Shown: positions 61,325 to 64,000 of the stretch, piece by piece
Layout: every line of letters starts with the position of its first letter
Position numbering within the stretch: the stretch's first letter is position 1
Source: Spirochaetia bacterium
GTDB lineage: Bacteria > Spirochaetota > Spirochaetia > SZUA-6 > Bin103
NCBI GenBank assembly: GCA_965199955.1
Contig: CBDATQ010000002.1
Coordinates: 1 to 64,000, forward strand
Direction of reading: 5' to 3'
DNA length: 64,000 bases
Notes under the pieces: model-generated
Told to the model about the DNA's origin: nothing
Database searches by the model: none
The model's input: the letters and a program-made list of their open reading frames with translations, nothing else
Made by a program: the position numbers and the translations under genes

Positions 61325-62410
61325 TTACGAAGTGACCCTGTCGTTTCCGCGGAGGCCGAATGCGCCGGCGACCAGTTCGTAGGAGCGGGCCCGGTCCTCG
61401 AAGGCGAAGCAGTTGGTGACGATGCCGATGTCGACCGTGCCGTAGCGGGCTGACGCGTCGAGGATGCCCTCGCGGACCTGGCCGGGGTCGCCGTCGATGT
61501 AGTGGGCGGAGAGCTGTGAGAGCGCCGCGCGCTCGGTCTCGCGCAGTGGGAGCTCGGCGGCCTCGTCGGGCGGCAGCAGGCCGGTGTGCAGGTCGCCGCC
61601 CGCGGATGCCGGCTCGGCGGGGCGCTCCAGGTGGAGCTGGCGGAGTTTGTTGAGGTTCCTGCTGGACGCCAGGTAGCGCGCCTCCTCCTCGGTCGGAGCG
61701 CACATCACCTGCACGGTGACGTTGAGCCGCGGCGCGTCCAGGTACGCCGACGGCTGGAACTCCCGGCGGTACAGGTCCGCGACCAGCGGTCCGTGCTCGA
61801 GGTTGCCAAAGAAGTCCGCGAACGCGAACGGCAGGCCCAGCATGGCGGCGAGCCTGGCGCTATAGTCGCTGGAGCCGAGCAGCCAGACCTCCGGGCCGGT
61901 GGCCGGCTGCGGCCCGGCCAGTGCGCTGATCCCGGCGAACGGGTGCTCGGCGGCCATCTCTCCGGACAGGAAGGCCAGCAGGTCGTGGACCTGGCGGGGA
62001 AAGGTGCGCACGTCCGCGGGCTGGCGCGGATGGGCCAGGGCGAAGGCGGTGCGCTGGTCGCTGCCGGGCGCGCGGCCGACGCCCAGGTCGATGCGGCCGG
62101 GGTGGAAGGCGTCCAGGGCGCGGAACTGCTCGGCCACCTTGAGTGCCGAGTAGTGGGACAGCATCACCCCGCCGGAGCCGACGCGGATGGTCGAGGTGCC
62201 GGCCGCGATCTGGCCGATCAGGATCTCCGGACTGGCGCCCGTCCACGAGGTGGAGGCGTGGTGCTCGGCCACCCAGTAGCGGGCGTAGCCGAGCCGCTCG
62301 CAGTGCTGCGCCAGGCGCACCGACTCACTGAGGGCGTCGGCGCCGGTGCCGCCCTTGCGGAGCGGCGACTGGTCCACGACGCTGAGCTTCGGCTCCTTGG
62401 ATCGATCCAC
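61325..62410 (-). CDS. LLM-class (luciferase-like) flavin-dependent oxidoreductase
   Basis: LSVVDQSP, RYWVAEHH, GSGGVML.HYS.LKVAEQF, GRIDLG.GRAPG.D and WLLGSS motifs. Confidence 0.92.
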   Translation of the reverse strand: MDRSKEPKLSVVDQSPLRKGGTGADALSESVRLAQHCERLGYARYWVAEHHASTSWTGASPEILIGQIAAGTSTIRVGSGGVMLSHYSALKVAEQFRALDAFHPGRIDLGVGRAPGSDQRTAFALAHPRQPADVRTFPRQVHDLLAFLSGEMAAEHPFAGISALAGPQPATGPEVWLLGSSDYSARLAAMLGLPFAFADFFGNLEHGPLVADLYRREFQPSAYLDAPRLNVTVQVMCAPTEEEARYLASSRNLNKLRQLHLERPAEPASAGGDLHTGLLPPDEAAELPLRETERAALSQLSAHYIDGDPGQVREGILDASARYGTVDIGIVTNCFAFEDRARSYELVAGAFGLRGNDRVTS

Positions 62411-62444
62411 GACGTTAGGCCGCAGCGTAGTATGCTCGGCGCGT

Positions 62445-63497
62445 ATGGCCCAACTCGTCACCGTCAGCCCGTGCAGCGAGGCGAGGCCGCGCAGCGACAG
62501 CTCCTCGCTGGTGGAGCTTGCCGACGGCCGCCTGCTGATCGTCTACCATGGCTACCGCGCCGGTCCGGAGGGAGGCGACGACTTCGGCGACGCCGCGATC
62601 TTCATCCGCGAGTCGACCGACGGCGGCGCGACCTGGAGCGACGAGCGCCTGCTGCTCGACGTCGACCCCGGCGACGTGAACGTCATGAACCCGTCGCTGG
62701 CGCTGCTCGGCGACGAGCTGCTGCTGGCGGTCACGCGCAACCACACCCGCACCGACTCCTCGCTGGAGCTGCGCCGCTCGGCGGACGGAGGGCGGACCCT
62801 CGGCGCGCCCAGCTTCATCTGGCAGCGCTGCGGCGAGCACCGCTTCACCATGTACGACTGCTTCCGCCGTCTGCAGGACGGCCGCCTGCTGGTCATGATG
62901 CAGAGCTCGGCGCTGATCTGGGAGCCGGGCGAGAAGCAGTGGGTGGACAGCTACGTCAGCGAGGACGACGGCCATACCTGGACCCTGCAGGGCGGCCGCA
63001 TCGACCTGCCCATGCGCGGCGCGATGGAGCCGGCGGTGGCGCAGATGCAGGATGGCGAGCTGGTCTGCTCGCTGCGCACCCAGCTCGGCCGCGTGTTCAT
63101 TACCCGCTCCCGGGACTGCGGCCGGACCTGGGATCTGCCGCAGCCGAGTGGCCCCATCAGCCCGGAGTCGTGCACGTGCCTGACGCTCCTGCCCGGCACC
63201 GAGCGGCTCGTGCTGTTCTGGAACGGCGGGACGTACGTCCACGACCACCATCACTTCGGCGAGCGCACGCCGCTGTCGGTCGCCGTCTCCGACGACCGCG
63301 GGCGCACGTTCCGGCACGTGACCGACATCGAGTCGCACCCGGCCGGCGAGTACACCAACCTGACGTGCCGCTTCCTGTCCGACGGGCGCGCCGCGCTCGC
63401 CTACCTGGCCGGCATCGGCGACGGGCCTGGGGCGTTCAACCGCACCTGCCTGTCCCTCAAGCTGGCCCTTCTGCCGCGCTCGCTGTTCACCGGCTGA
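62445..63497 (+). CDS. Asp-box (BNR) sialidase-like beta-propeller protein
   Basis: Five Asp boxes (STDGGATW, SADGGRTL, SEDDGHTW, SRDCGRTW, SDDRGRTF), plus MEP and RTPL; no signal peptide. Confidence 0.82.
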   Translation: MAQLVTVSPCSEARPRSDSSSLVELADGRLLIVYHGYRAGPEGGDDFGDAAIFIRESTDGGATWSDERLLLDVDPGDVNVMNPSLALLGDELLLAVTRNHTRTDSSLELRRSADGGRTLGAPSFIWQRCGEHRFTMYDCFRRLQDGRLLVMMQSSALIWEPGEKQWVDSYVSEDDGHTWTLQGGRIDLPMRGAMEPAVAQMQDGELVCSLRTQLGRVFITRSRDCGRTWDLPQPSGPISPESCTCLTLLPGTERLVLFWNGGTYVHDHHHFGERTPLSVAVSDDRGRTFRHVTDIESHPAGEYTNLTCRFLSDGRAALAYLAGIGDGPGAFNRTCLSLKLALLPRSLFTG

Positions 63498-63626
63498 GCG
63501 CGTTCGCAACCCGGCCGACCATTGGCAGTCACCGGTCCATGCGGTAGCGTATCGAATGGCTGAAAGACGGGGGCCCGACAGGCCCTCCGTGACGCCGCAG
63601 ACCGATCCGTTCACAAGGAGAAAGGT

Positions 63627-64000
63627 ATGAAACGCACCCGTACGTTCCTGCTGCTGATGGCCGCCGTGGTCCTCGGCGCGCCGCTGGCGCTGGCGCAGAA
63701 CGTGGAGCTGTCCATCCTGCAATGGAGCCACTTCGTCCCGCGCTACGACGAGTGGTTCGACGCCTACGCGGAGGACTGGGGCAAGGCGAACGGCGCCGAC
63801 GTGAGCGTCGACCACGTCAATGTCGGGGAGCTGCCCGCGGCCCTCACAGCGGCCATCGAAGCCGGGGAGGGTCACACCCTCATCGAGATGGCGTTCCCGC
63901 CGACCGCCTTCATCGAGGGCCTGCACCCGTTGAACGACATCAACGAAGCGGCCGCGGCCGCCCACGGCGAGCGCACCGCCAACTGCGAGGCGACCAGCTA
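63627..64000 (+). CDS. Sugar ABC extracellular solute-binding protein (3'-partial)
   Basis: Not in ORF track; SD AAGGAG; MKRTRTFLLLMAAVVLGAPLALAQNVELSILQWSHFVPRYDEWF...; open to the window end. Confidence 0.8.
   Translation, partial: MKRTRTFLLLMAAVVLGAPLALAQNVELSILQWSHFVPRYDEWFDAYAEDWGKANGADVSVDHVNVGELPAALTAAIEAGEGHTLIEMAFPPTAFIEGLHPLNDINEAAAAAHGERTANCEATS

Overview
High-GC (about 70%) bacterial window with no rRNA, tRNA or CRISPR array detected. It opens with a decayed IS66 (its left end lies outside the window) and a frameshifted IS256 whose 8-bp target duplication AAAGGAGG is the Shine-Dalgarno site of a downstream secreted protein with a Cys-rich tail. Next come an Lhr helicase and a long run of transport and catabolic genes: three Opp/Dpp-type ABC clusters (two without ATPases), a BMP nucleoside ABC system, a Pot-type polyamine ABC system, AmtB, NagA-like and Gfo/Idh/MocA enzymes, a VOC-SDR-fused E1alpha/beta-LarA-like operon, zwf coupled to a GH38 alpha-mannosidase, a MEMO1-family protein, two secreted arylsulfotransferase-like paralogs, a sulfatase, an NHL protein, an LLM monooxygenase and an Asp-box sialidase-like protein. 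Signals missing from the ORF track include a purE gene collapsed to 45 aa, toxin-antitoxin remnants, repeated 15-bp tandem duplications, overlapping divergent -10 boxes suggesting leaderless bidirectional promoters, and two divergent genes sharing one CATG. The best candidates for undescribed biology are the sulfotransferase-like pair with altered active-site motifs, the MEMO1 protein with an RRE/PqqD-like N-terminus, and the E1-LarA-like operon. All calls rest on motif recognition by eye; no searches were run.
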